Origin: Antedon mediterranea
Taxonomy: Eukaryota; Animalia; Echinodermata
Assembly: GCF_964355755.1 (NCBI RefSeq)
Contig: NC_092673.1
Coordinates: forward strand, 35,957,648 to 36,021,647
DNA: 64,000 nt
Direction: 5' to 3'
The position numbers were made by a program, and so were the translations under genes. The notes under the pieces are model-generated. The model made no database searches. It worked only from the letters and a program-made list of their open reading frames with translations, and had not been told where the DNA came from. Positions 26,886-41,000 of this stretch are shown here, one piece after another. Each line of letters opens with the position of its first letter. The stretch's first letter is position 1.

Positions 26886-27075
26886 ATGGAAACAGCTAGT
26901 AACAATACAGAATTGGCAAAGAAACCAGAAGTGAAATGTATTTGTGAAACGAAAGAGGTTGAACATTACTGCCAGGAATGTGAACATTACTTGTGCAACA
27001 CCTGTAGCAAACCATATAAACTACTTCCAACAACCAAAAAACATACTCTACTCTCAGCAGGCAATGACGCCACAT
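26886..27075 (+). pseudogene. Orphan B-box zinc-finger (TRIM-like) exon
   Basis: Acceptor TTACAG|G then ATG. Encodes CICETKEVEHYCQECEHYLCNTCSKPYKLLPTTKKHTL, a B-box with Tyr at the usual first His. No further TRIM exons were found. Confidence 0.65.
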
Positions 27076-27084
27076 CAAGTTTGC

Positions 27085-27447
27085 TGTACACCACGTATAT
27101 AGGGAACTGTTGAGTTTCTCCAAACTCGAATAGCACATTATTGAACTGTTTGTAGAAAGTTGAAAGTTGGACATAAAACATCCATCCAAGTAAAGACATC
27201 TTGACTTTTTTCCTATTTTGGACGGGAAAGAAAATTCAGGTCCGACTCGGGTAAAATGAAGATTATCAAACATGCAGAAAAACTACTCTTAAACGAAAGA
27301 ATCACAAACGTCAGCAAGGATATCGAAAAATGTAAACGGAAAGTTTCTGACCCGACTTTCCTAAATATTTCTTCTAGATCTAACTCAGAGATATGTGACT
27401 TTTCCAGTCTGAAATTTCCTAGAAAAGACAGGATCTTAGTTTTTTAG
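27085..27447 (+). mobile_element. Decayed Penelope-like ORF N-terminus
   Basis: Fragments KLDIKHPSK*RHLDF and KIIKHAEKLLLNERI, with stops and frameshifts, resemble the pre-RT region of Penelope-like ORFs. Recognised from memory, not aligned. Confidence 0.4.
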
Positions 27448-28185
27448 ATCTAAAAAACTTAAACTCCAGAGGATGACAATTTCTATCAATCATCACTCAG
27501 ATCTTTCCATAGTTGCCATTTCTGGCATTATTAATATTATGCGTTTTGGCATTATTTAGAGGCCCACTGCATCTGGCATAATGCCGCGGCATTATTTATC
27601 CGTTTTTAGTATAATCTGGCAAAATGTTGTGTTTTTTGAACAACTTAAAAAATAATATACCACAGAAAAAAAATTATTTTTTGTTTAATCTTGCAATTTC
27701 GTAGGCCTACATATCACCTTACACAATATCATATCGTACAAAACAGGTCTATCAGGTTTTTTCGTAGGCCTACAATAGTGCATCCATCCTTTTGTTTCGG
27801 ACTCGGTCGACTCTTCGGATAGGAAGGCTGCTCATAAACTACCATGTGTGCGATAGGCAGCACAACGAAACCGACGAGGCTAGCCGTGATTGACAAATTA
27901 TATATTGTATTGTCGATCAGCGTTGCTTGATGGGCTACCTCCATGAAACATGGTTAAATAAGAACAATATGAAACGAAATTATAAGTCTATAGGACCAGC
28001 CCACCAATAGAGTTGCCCGGAAATATGGAAAGAATAATACAAGACTCCAGGACCAGCCCCTGCCTAACCTAAATTAACTTAACTCTCTAAATATCTCTCT
28101 TTCAAAATAAAAGAAAAACATTTTATATTAAAAAAAAAAAGAAATCTGTAAAGATTCGAACCCCAGTTAGTAGAGCTGAGAGAAT

Positions 28186-28546
28186 CCCCGGGGGCAGGAA
28201 CCTAGCAGATCCCCTCATTTAGTTTGAAAGTAATCTCGAAAAGAAGTTCATCTGGAAAGGCCCAAGAATACTAAAAAATGAAGGAGTACATTTGGTGGTG
28301 CCACACTGTTAAATTTAAATTTTTGTGCTAAACATAACATTTACATCATCAAAAATCGGGTGGCGAAAGCCACAGACAAATAAAAGATGTTATCGTGTGC
28401 TCTTCCCCCGCCTCAGCACTAATGCCAATTGAAGCCAAATGTACTCCTTCATTTTTTAGTATTCTTGGGCGGGCTTCCTTTCCAGATGGACTCCTTTTCG
28501 AGACTTTCAAACAAAATGAGGGGATCTGCTAGGTTCATGCCCGGGG
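28186..28546. mobile_element. MITE with about 110-bp terminal inverted repeats
   Basis: CCCCGGGGGCAGGAACCTAGCAGATCCCCTCATTT...GAAGGAGTACATTTGG is inverted at 28435-28546. Confidence 0.75.
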
Positions 28547-28994
28547 AAATTATTTTTTTACAAGATTTTAATAATCTTCTAAATGTAAAGATCAACAACA
28601 ATCAACAGTGTGGCGTGTTGACCGCAATGACTAACAATACCATCTTCCCCACTACACCTGCACCAATTCATTTGCATAATAACGCACGGCATACCAACTG
28701 TTCAATATTTTTGTATAGGGGTAGCAATCAATGGGTTGGTTGGATGGCCAGGCTTGTTCAGGCTGCTATTGTTCATCATTTAATTCATTCATCAGTTGTT
28801 TTGATTTCTCATTATTATCAATTATTCACTAATAATTCAATATCATTTATTCATGCTCAAACACAGTAAAATGTAGTACATGGTTTGAAATCCTTTTCGT
28901 TTTTTCAAAGTTAAAAATTCACAACAAATTGTGAAAATTATTTATTACAATAATGCATATGTATTTAAATAAATAGAGAGAATACACTAGCCAG

Positions 28995-30879
28995 CAGTGG
29001 TGGCGCCAGCGGGGGGGCTACGGGGGCTCTAGCCCCCTCGTCGGGGAGCCTAGCCCCCCCGTCGGGGAACACGGGTACTTTTTGTCGGGGAATATAACAT
29101 ACAGTAAAAAAAATTCACGTTCACTTCATATAGCTTCAGCGCCTAGAAAACCACGACGTTCCATTGACCGTGAGAGTACGTCAGAGGGCTATTATGCATT
29201 CGTTATTGCCAGAGATCTAACTACTAAACAATAGCTAGTACGCACTTGTTTGGCGGTATCCCTTTGTACGAATCGTTCACCGTTGGGTCGAGACGCGTGA
29301 TATCATGTTCCATCCAGGGACCAAAATGTGTAATGTAGTTATTTTCCAGGCGAAGTTTACCGACGGTTACCGAAGGGAACACGGGTACTTTTTATCGGGG
29401 AATATAATATACAGTAAAAAACGTTCGCGTTCACTTGGTAGCTTCAGCTTCTAGAAAACCGCGACGTTTCATTGACCGTGAGAGTACGTCAGAGTGCTAT
29501 TATGCAATTTATATGCATTCATTATTGCCAGCGATCTTACTACTAAACATTAGCTAGGTACGCACTTGTCTGGCGGTATCCCTTTGTACGAATCGTTCAA
29601 CGTTGGGTCGAGACGCGTGATATCAAGTTCCATCCAGGGACCAAAATGTGTAATGTAGTTATTTTCCAGGCGAAGTTTACCGACGGTTCGGATACTTTTT
29701 GTCGGGGAATATAATTCGTTCGCGTTCACTTCGTAGCTTCAGCGCCTAGAAAACCTCGACGTCTCATTGACCGTGAGAGTACGTCAGAGTGATATTATGC
29801 ACTTTATATGCATTCATTATTGCCAGCGATGTAACTTACTACTAAACAATAGCTATAGGTACGCACTTGTCTGGCGGTATCCCGTTGTACGAATCGTTCA
29901 ACGTTGGGTCGTGATATCATGTTCCATCCAGGGACCAAAATGTGTACTGTAGTTATTTTCCAGGCGAAGTTTACCGACGGTTACGTCGTGTACTGTGTCG
30001 ACGTGCGCTACACTACAGCAAAAACGAATTATGTTAATTGTTCGTATGTTCACCAATTTTTTAATTTACAAGTAACCTTCTGTACCGTGGGGCACCTAAA
30101 ATAAATATTTCATCCATTACTAAACAAAAAAACATGCCATTTTCGCTTAGCCAACATCTTATTATAGCTAAGTTATTAAATGTTCAATGTCCTGATGTCA
30201 TGAATTTCTCTCACCACTCGGAAGTCCAGATGGTACGCAGGCATACACTTGGGAGGAATAAACTTATTTCCCCGACTGAAAAAGGTCTACGCTTGCGTTT
30301 TTTAAGCCTCTGGGCCTGATGTTTCCAAAGTATAAAATGCAATTTTTTGAAGACCTGCAGCTCTAGTTTTAAACATTTTCTTAGCTCAGCCCCAACAATA
30401 AAGCTGGTCATATTTCGAAGTACAAGAAGTGCATTTTCCGGGACCTAACATCTCTATTTTTCAAACACTTCTTAGCTCAGTCACAACCATGATAGGGACT
30501 TATATATTTTGTTTCATGTTTTGAAGTATAATAAGTCCAATTTCCAGGACCTCCAACTCTATTTTTCTAAATTTTCTTTGAACTTTTATTTTTTAAATTG
30601 AAAAATATGGATTGAAACAGTCATCGCGCATCGTTTTTTTGCACGCAGTATTTTATATATGCATTATAAAAAATGGAAAAAATGGCTACCCTAAATCGGA
30701 TTAAAATGACCTCAAATGACGCTAGAACGCGTTGCTTCCGGGGGCTTCGCCCCCTGGACCCCCACCGGGGGCCCTTGGCGGCCCCCTGGCCCCCCGCCTT
30801 GTGATGCTCGCTTCGCTCGCATAGCCCCCTCGTCGGGGAATGTAGCCCCCGCGTCGGGAAGATCCTGGCGCCACCCCTG
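28995..30879. mobile_element. Non-autonomous hAT element with internal 3x about 310-bp repeat
   Basis: TIR CAGTGGTGGCGCCAG/CTGGCGCCACCCCTG and a perfect 8-bp TSD CTAGCCAG (28987-28994, 30880-30887). Confidence 0.9.
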
Positions 30880-31014
30880 CTAGCCAGGCCATCGGCATCT
30901 TTACACATTTCTATTTATTTGTTCCTAATTTTCTAACATAACTTAGGTGTTCTTAAACTTGAGGGCGCCAAACCTAAAATTTACGAGATCGGAAAGAGGC
31001 GGGTAGCCAAACAA

Positions 31015-31260
31015 AAAATGATGGTGTGCTTGCTCCCTTGCCTCTAGCACGGTAAGGCTCTCTCACAGCCTTGTGGTACCACACATCAGATGCTTTGATG
31101 TTATTGCCTCGTGATGTGTGGTGGAAAGGGGGACGTTTAAATCTGTGAACCCCAAACACAGAAGCTCGCATAGCTTTAACTCTTTTCCACCGACCGGCAT
31201 GGGGTTTGAACCCACGATATCGTGTTCCACGACGCTCTACCAACTCAGCTATCCGGCCCT
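31015..31260 (-). mobile_element. tRNA-derived SINE
   Basis: Minus strand GGGCCGGATAGCTGAGTTGGTAGAGCG (A box) ... GGGTTCAAACCC (B box), followed by a non-tRNA body. Confidence 0.65.
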
Positions 31261-32036
31261 CTGGTTTATAGCAAGGTTAAAATAAAACTAGATTCGTTTC
31301 CTCAAAAGTACGTCATGAATAAGCAAATTTAGAATGACGTAATATGAAGCGCGTATAAGACTATACTATTGTCACCTTTCATTAATCGTGTACATTGTGG
31401 CACATAACGGGTAGTGCTCTATTAACTATCGTTGGATTCTCTCAGCTCTCTACGGATTTCTTCTTTTTTTTAAAATAAATATAAAATGTTTTTCTTTTAT
31501 TTTGAAAGAGAGATATTTACACATTTTATAATGATTGTTAAACTGTTATTAGGCCTATTTAATAATGTTATCTATTGAAATATTATTTATTAATCTTATA
31601 AAATGAATATATTTTTAAATTGAGATAATATACAGTCAGTAACATAAAATATAATTCGGATAGTAAAAGTGACATTTGCAATTACCATTTTCGCACTTTA
31701 GATATTGGGAATTATTAGTTTATTACACACAAAACTAAAAATATAAATTTGTAACGACATGGGATAACATTTTTGGCCCACTTTGTGTCAGTTAGGGTTT
31801 TACATACGTTTTTTAATTAGGGCCACATTTTGAGGATTTGTCATTATTTTTCCAATGACAGGCTACGGCATGAATTAAAATTTTATCGCTGGCAACACTG
31901 GATCTCGCGTTTCATGCAATTGGGGGCGCCCTTTACTGTTATTTTCATTTCGTGAATCCTGGAATCCGTGATGCTTAAAATCATATTTAACATAAAAACA
32001 CGCTGAAATGTTATAAATTTGCAGAAAACCCTCACT

Positions 32037-35000
32037 ATGAATGTCGTGCCTAAAACAATTGGAGGTATACTTCATAATTTGAACAAAAATGCATCCGATT
32101 GGTAAGTTATAACATCTGAATTCTAGGCTCATCCAACCAGCAAATTGAACATGCAAGAAGAAAGGAGGGAGAGTGGGAGAGTGATCCCTGTGAGTGACGT
32201 GGAGAAGTCATAATGATTAGGTAGGGCCTAGCTAGTAGGCCTACAGTAGTAGAAACTGATGTTTGCAAGAGGCTTGCAACAGCGACTGGTCTAAATTTAC
32301 TCTCTACTGTCTACACTGTCAAATTTTATGTCACAAAAAAAGTGTATGGACATAATGATGTCATATTACTACTATATTTGGGCATATCACTACCATATTT
32401 GGGCACATCACACTTTTTTGTCAAACTAGTTTGATAGTGTAGACATAGCTTAAATTAAAACTCTGTCTACACTATCAAATTGTATGTGTTTAATATATTT
32501 TAACACCGTCAAACCGTAAATTATTAAACGTAGATTGTTTTTCTTTTATAGGGGATGGCCATCATTGCTTGCATATGGCTGCCAGACGTCTGTTGTAGTT
32601 GTTGACACAAAGACTGTTCAGGTAGTGTGCCTGTATTCATTTGATATACCAAATTGTTGGTAATATACATTAATTCATTCATTGTAATGTAATGTTGTTT
32701 GATTTATATATAGCGCTTATGCACTTGTCAATTGTATGACCCACTATACGACCCCCGGGAGAGGTGCGTCATTTGTCCGATGTGCGTCATACTTTTGAAT
32801 ACCATGACGCACCCATGCGTCAAAAAGGTGACTTACCTTTAGGTGACCATGACGCACCCATTTTGACGCACTGTGACCATGTTGTTTATGATATGGTGGG
32901 TGGTAAAGTGACGGACATTGACACACCTTGTTCATTGATGTGACGTACCATCTAGGTTTTTTGACGCACCCCTGCGTCAGTAATTATTTGTAAATGACGC
33001 ACCTCTCCCGGGGGTCGTATAGTGAGTCATACAATTGACAAGTGCATTATACAATCAAAAGATTGTCCCAAAGCGCTGAGAGAAAAAAAAAAAAGAAATT
33101 ACAAAGAAAAAAGATGCGTTTGTTTAATTATTTTTTATTTTATTTGTTTGAATTAATTATTATTCGTCCGTAAATGAACCAAACAAGACTATCTAACCAA
33201 AACCTTAGAAATAAATAAAGAAAATTGATTGTTATTTCTAGATAATTCAAACACTTGAAAAACACAAGAGTCATGTGACACGAGTGAAGTGGGCACGTGA
33301 AAACTATCATCACACAATTGAGGCGCCATACACCTTACGTCTTGCATCAGCAGATAACTCGGGTCACATCATTGTTTGGGATGTCAGTGAAGCTTGTGAA
33401 AGAAGTAGTTTTTCTGAAGGAAATAAACCAGTCTTAGGTAATAACAATCATGATATATTTTTTAATAATGTTTGTTCTATTTTGTTAGGGTTACATGTTA
33501 GGGTTACATGTTAGGGTTACATGTCTAAAGTACTTGTACTTATTTTGTATCCGATTCCATTATCATTTTATTGTATTTGTATATGTTTATATTTTGATCT
33601 TGGAATAAAAATGTCAATGATTGATTGATTAGATAGTAATATTATGAGTTATTTCTTTTTTCATATCATATCTCAATGATTTTGACATATTACAAAATGT
33701 GTCGAAAAGTCATTAAAATGTTTTTTTTTTCCACAGAGATGGAATGGCTTTCAACACAAGATGCGTCACATGATCTTCTGGTTGCCCTTCACCCACCATA
33801 CTCAATCATTTTATGGAATGTAGCAACTGGCACAAAACTTTGGAAGAAAACATTTACAGATAACATTCTATCTATGACCTTTGACCCATTTGAACCCACT
33901 AACCTTACTTGTAAGTTAACAAAATACTAACATAAGTACAGTACTGTTAACTTAAGTACAGTACTGTTAACTTAAGTACAGTACTGTTAACTTAAGTACA
34001 GTACTGTTAACTTAAGTACAGTACTGTTAACTTAAGTACAGTACTGTTAACTTAAGTACAGTACTGTTAACTTAAGTACAGTACTGTTAACTTAAGTACA
34101 GTACTGTTAACTTAAGTACAGTATTGTTAACTTAAGTACAGTACTGTTAACTTAAGTACAGTACTGTTAACTTAAGTACAGTACTGTTAACTTAAGTACA
34201 GTACTGTTAACTTAATTTGTTCACTAATAATTTTAGTTACTACTACTATTAAGCTTTGTCTACACTTCCAAACTTTATATGACAAAACAATGTGATGTGC
34301 CCATATATGAACATGACGATGTCATATCACTACCATATTTGGGTATATCACTACCATATTTGGGCACATCACATTTTTTTTTCGAAATATTTTTATAGTG
34401 TACCAACATAGAGCTTAAAATTTAATTGGTTGTTTCACTTCGGTTAAATTTTCAATTTTTATATTTAGTGCTGGGAAATGATTGCATTTTGTTTGTCAAC
34501 GATTTTTCCATCGCTAAAGCGCCCTCAAGTAATGGACGTAAATTTTACATTACATGTCCAAGTTCAATCCCATCGTCGTCGGGTAGCAACTCTGCCTCCA
34601 CAGGAGAGAAGAAAAATGGAGGCAAACCAAAAGGAGCATTAAGAAGAGTACGTCTACTTGTTGGTGATAGTAAACCAAAGTGAGGAGTATTACATACTGT
34701 TATGCTTAAATTTTGATTATGAAATTGAATTACAAAAAGAAACATGGCATGGGCATCTTGGAAATAAAAAAGGAATTCTAGTGCACACTTTTTATTGTTA
34801 AATTGTTTTTTTTTATTTGTAAATGTCTAATTTTTCTGCTGTATGTACTGCAATATGTTTTTTTTTATATTTCAATGAGATTTATATCGTATTATTATGT
34901 GTGTATATAATAATATAGTAATATTTTATATTGATTTTTTATATAATTGTAATCAACTCTCAATTCAATTTTTAGAGAGTATGAAATAAAAGCCATAATA

Positions 35001-38000
35001 ATAAAACTAAGCACATATCCAAACAATTTACTCTTTTGTATTCGTAGAAGTAGTGATAATGGTAGCTCTGACACAGATCCCATCTCATTGAATGACTGCA
35101 TCCAGCTTTGTTACCTGCAATCCTGTCGCCATCATCTACTTCTATTGTACACTCGGGAAATACTGATACTAGATCTAGAGATCAATCAAACGGTTGGAAC
35201 CATACCAATGGAGAGGACTGGTTCACCATTTCAAATGGTTTATCCTTGCAGGTTAGTTTCAACAAGGGATTCTCATGTTTATCAATTAATATTTAGCTCT
35301 GTCTACACTACCAAACTAGTTTGACAAAAAAGTGTGACATGCCCAAATATGGTAGTGAAATTCCAAAATATGGTAGTGATTGATTGATTTTATTTGATGC
35401 TCAACATTAAAATTACATAGAGACAAAAGACAAAATAACGAGCATCAGGAACACCCATTAGGCCAGAAAAAAACCAGCCTATTTCCAATGGGGTCCAAAT
35501 AAATGATAGTGATATGGCATCATTATGTCCATATATTATGGGGTCATCACATTTTTGTTACATAAATTTGATGTTGTAAATAAGGCTTTGAGAGTGGCCA
35601 TTTTTGTTTTTTCATTATCTAAAAGTCTGATTTGTTATCCATAGACAACGTGATGTACTTGTATGTATGCATGAGAATGGAAGTATTAGTGTCCGTGTGA
35701 GACGTAATGGTCAGTCTTCAAATCACCCAACATCAGCAGTAACGCCGATTGACCAGTTGGGCAGTTTTAGTAACTTTCAAGGTAATGTGTGTACATTATT
35801 AACTCCATCACATAATTAAAGTGACCACTCAAAAGAAAAATTATTTTTTGTTGTAGTCTTAAGCCCTGTCTACACTATCAAACTATTTTGACAAAAAGTG
35901 TAATGTGCCCAATATGGTGGTGATATGCCCAAATATATGGTAGTAATATGACATCATCATGTCCATATATTTTGACACATAACATTTGATAGTGTAGACA
36001 AAGCCTTACGTTTATGTTTGAATTTGTAGGTGAAGCTGGAACAGGATTTGACCAGCTTGAGATAATATATGATCTACGTTGTCAGTCGGATCCGCTGCGA
36101 GTCACCAAACATGTCCGAGCATTCAGCATCGCAGTGTGTTTGTGTACAGAACGCAGCATCGCACTAGTTATGAGTGACGGCCGTATTTTGTTTTGGAACT
36201 TGATCACCATAGACTACATTCCAAGTACCATTAGTAATACGCATTCACAGCTAGTTCTCACACCTCTCTTCTCTCCTGGTTACTCCAGCGACAGCAACGG
36301 TGAATTTGAATTCTTACCACCTATCAAATCACCGCAGAAATCACAAGTCGCCGCACCTTATCCAAAACTGTGCTTATCAGATCTGATTGGTCATGCTCAG
36401 AATCTTGGAAACGAAACAAAACATGGACATGAGGTTATTTTGAAGTTTGTATTGACAGGATTATTGAGTGGTGTTGGCATTATGCCAACTGTGATTCGTA
36501 TGTGTCCGCCATTAACTACTAAAAACCTGACTTACCATCAACCACTTGTTGCCGTGGGTACAGCTACAGGATTGGTTCAAGTCTTTAATGTATCATCTGG
36601 TGCTCTTGTCAAGGAGTATAACATACATATATCAAATATCAGGTCTGTATTTCAATTGATATAATACTTAACAATAGCTTGTACTGTATACAGTATATAC
36701 ATGTATTATATGTAATAAGCACCAAGAAAATCTTTTTATTATCTTTTATTTTTTAGGGGAATAGAATGGATCAACCTCAACAGCTTCTTTTCCTTCAGCC
36801 ATCCAAACCCTAATAATAATGGACTAGTCCGGAATGAACTTCTTTTATTAGATCTTCAAACTGGACGGACTACTCCATTGAGAAAAGAAAAGGGGGAAGA
36901 ATCACCTATTGAAGCTGTGAAAGTTTCTCACTTAAAGTAAGTGAAAATACTTAGCAATAATGAAGTATTTTGTCAATTATAAGTTTGTCTACTAAAGAAC
37001 TATTTCTTATAAATAATTTTTTTTTACAGGCTGTATTTTATAATTATGTTCAAAGAGAAAGCTTTTGAAGTTTGGGACTTGAAGTCATGCACGATGCTCA
37101 GAGAAATGCCAACTAACTTTCCTATTATTACAGCTTTGGTAATGTAATACAAACATTCTCTCTCTAGTCTCTTGAAATGTTTTCCGTCATTCACATTATG
37201 CTTTCCAAGATTTGCTTCCATATTTTTCTGTTTTGGGCAGGATGGTTTGTTATTGTGCTAAAGTCTACATTTTTTCCTTTTAAATCTTTCTTTAAATCCA
37301 GTTTTCTTTTGGTCTTTTTACTCTCTTTTCAGTTTCCTTCATTGCTGGTCTAATTTGCATACCGTCTGGTAGTCTAATTTGCATACCGTCTGGTAGTCTA
37401 ATTATGTGTCCATACCATTTCTGTAAGATCAAAATTACTGTATATAAAGAAAAAGAAAATCAGTATATATATTTATTGAATATTGTTTTATTTGACAGGA
37501 GTGGTCACCATCTCACAACGTAAAGAACTTAAAGAAGAGACAACAGCAACAAGCCTTACATGAGTCTATTTCTGGCAACCTACCTGTTAAAGAAACCACT
37601 CCAACAGCTTCACATATATTAGGTGTGTTTATTTTGGGTTTTCTAAGATTAAAACAGTTGAGCATAGTGATATGATTATAATTGCATTTGGTGTTAAAGA
37701 TATAGTAGACTAGTATCATTGTATAGCATAACAGTCTATGAATATATCTAGTTAGGGTTAGGGTTATATCTAGTTATGAACATAATTCTGTAATTTTGTT
37801 ACATCTATCCTAAGATACTGTTAGGGTTAGGGTTATATCTAGTTCTGTAATTTTGTTACATCTATCCTAAGATACTGTTGGTGTGCATGCTGGAACTAAA
37901 GCTACATCAACATCTATATCCAGAGAACACTTTGTTTTTACTGACAACAATGGACTGTTGTATCACTTCATTGTTCAAGGTAGTACAGTTAAAGATGGCT

Positions 38001-41000
38001 CCAAGATGCCACCTGAGGTAAGATAACCAGGAGATTTGGGGACCCTTTAGGAAACAAACAACTTAAATGGTTATCCTCTGCTTTACATGTTTAATTTGGA
38101 GACCCTTTAGGAAACAAACAACTTACAGGTTATCCTCTGCTTTACATGTTTAATTTGGAGACCCTTTAGGAAACAAACAACTTAAATGGTTATCCTCTGC
38201 TTTACATGTTTAATTTGGAGACCCTTTAGGAAACAAACAACTTAAATGGTTATCCTCTGCTTTACATGTTTAATTTGGAGACCCTTTAGGAAACAAACAA
38301 CTTAAATGGTTATCCTCTGCTTTACATGTTTAATTTGGAGACCCTTTAAGAAACAAACAACTTAAATGGTTATCCTCTGCTTTACATGTTTAATTTGGAG
38401 ACCCTTTAGGAAACAAACAACTTAAAGGGTTATCCTCTGCTTTACATGTTTAATTTGGAGACCCTTTAGGAAACAAACAACTTAAATGGTTATCCTCTGC
38501 TTTACATGTTTAATTTGGGAACCCTTTAGGAAACAAACAACTTACAGGTTATCCTCTGCTTTACATGTTTAATTTGGAGACCCTTTAGGAAACAAACAAC
38601 TTAAATGGTTATCCCCTGCTTTACATGTCTTTGTATTATTCTTTGTATTTATTGTCATTTTGTATGCTGTTTTATAAATACTACTGTTTTATAAATACCA
38701 CTGTTTTATAAATACCACTGTTTTATAAATACCACTGTTATATAAATACTACTGTTTTATAAATACCACTGTTTTATAAATACTACTGTTTTATAAATAC
38801 TACTGTTTTATAAATACCACTGTTATATAAATACTACTGTTTTATAAATACCACTGTTTTATAAATACTACTGTTTTATAAATACCACTGTTTTATAAAT
38901 ACCACTGTTATATAAATACTACTGTTTTATAAATACTACTGTTTTATAAATACTACTGTTTTATAAATACTACTGTTTTATAAATACTACTGTTTTATAA
39001 ATACTACTGTTTTATAAATACCACTGTTTTATAAATACCACTTTTTTATAAATACTACTGTTTTATAAATACTACTGTTTTATAAATACTACTGTTTTAT
39101 AAATACTACTGTTTTATAAATACTACTGTTTTATAAATACTACTGTTTTATAAATACTACTGTTCTTGGAAAGCAAAAAATATTACCTAATTCTCCCAAC
39201 ACTTTTTCATTAGAAGTTTATCTTCTGATAAGTATCACAATATATGTGTGTATTTACAGAGTGGAATGGGTAGTGTGACTTGTATAGCCTGGAAGCAAGA
39301 CCTGATGGTGTTAGGTGACACAGAAGGCAACTTAAATCTGTGGGACATTAAGGGCAAAATATCAAGGTGTGTTCAATTTACTATTTAAACGGAAGGTCTC
39401 TGGTGGTTTACAATGTTACTGTATTGGCTTATGTGCTGTGTAAATAAATGCCCCAGGAGTCTAGGGCAGAAGCAGAAGAAGTAGTATAAGGAAATGTCTA
39501 TGTTGAAATCAGAGGATTAATTAAGCTGGCTTCTGCAAATCCTGTAATAAGAAGTAATACTAAGTATTTAATAATAATAATGGTCTTTTGTATAGCACCT
39601 AACCAAAATAAATTCTCTAAAGCGCTACGACCACAAGACTCAAACTAGGTAGAATTACGTCATTTCATGAGAGATGAGTTTTCAGCAATTGATGTCAATA
39701 GAATTGCCATTCTTGATTGATTTCACTTAAATCAATAAATACATTTTATAAGAAAGTATTTCCAGTGGTTTCTACTTTAAAAAGGTGTTTCTCTTATCAT
39801 ATGTATGAATGTATTATTAGTATGGTAAAGATTGATTTCATGTTTGTATACTGTTAATACACAGGAATGTACCAACACATCGTGGTTGGCTAAAGAAACT
39901 GAAGTTTGCTCCTGGTAAAGGCAATATGAGACTAATGATACTATGGAATGATGGAGTTGATATATGGGACACAAATGCAGTAAGAAAGGATTACTATAGA
40001 AGAGACATTGGTCTTTTTTGTTGATCCAATGGATCGAAAGTCCTGTAAATCGTACTCATCTTTTTGGTCAACAAAAGAAAAATTTATCTATATTAGTAGG
40101 ATTTGAAATTATTTCAACAAAAAGATTATTAATACACATATTTATATGTTCCTACTGATGGTAGAAAGAAATATATTTAAAGTTATTTTTGTCAAAGGAT
40201 GGATTTCTGAAACTGACTATAATCAGATCAAATACATTCTTAAGATAAGACTGGGTTGATAAAATAAATGCTCTGCTTAGGTACTGCTTAAATTTGTCAA
40301 GCAAAATGTTGATATGCCAGTCTATTCACAGATAACAAGGATTAGTGGTCTACGTGGCAACAAAGAAAGTTTCAAAGTACTTGATTCTGATTGGGCGTCA
40401 TCTGATAAACCTGTGGTGCTTACTGAAGATGGCTGTCTGCGAGTGTACGATGTGGAATTTAAAGCTACATGTACATCATTATCACACAGTGTGCTTCCAG
40501 GTAATTAAGAACTATTATATCAACACCTAAATAAATTCCTGTCATTTGGTTGAATGATAGTGGCTCACATGGAGTGCAATAGTACGCACTATTGAACGAT
40601 CATTCAATAGTTTTGTTTTTTTTAAATTGTTGGAAAATATTGTGTTATACTATTTACATTTGAAATACAACAGTGCCGCCTATTTTGTATTTCTGCAGTG
40701 AACATTAAGTGTAATTAATGATGATAGGTTATATTTCAACTCGACTTTACCTCGTTGAAATATGACCATCATTCACCTCATGCGATTATTTGTACCAATA
40801 CACTCATAAACATTCATTATTTGTATACTAAAAAATACTAAGAAGGCACTAAAATGTCTGTGATAACGAAAGAATTGGTTTTAGCCCACTTCCATCTTTG
40901 ATATTACTACACATACACCATTTTCAGAGCCTGTTTTCTGTCCTCATCTACTGACCGCCAAGGCTGGACTAGCCATGAAATATACCATACAACATCAGGC

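Noticed and set aside
28429-28869. 146-aa ORF
   Set aside because: It starts inside a MITE arm, has a non-ATG start and shows no recognisable domain.
31190-31260. tRNA genes (also at about 3260-3330 and 9825-9885)
   Set aside because: A and B boxes are present but there is no complete cloverleaf, and they continue into SINE bodies.
33485-33520. TTAGGG motifs as telomeric sequence
   Set aside because: They are isolated units within a 13-bp local repeat, not a telomere tract.
40545-40830. Possible Crypton-like non-autonomous element
   Set aside because: Only weak terminal and internal inverted similarity; boundaries could not be defined.
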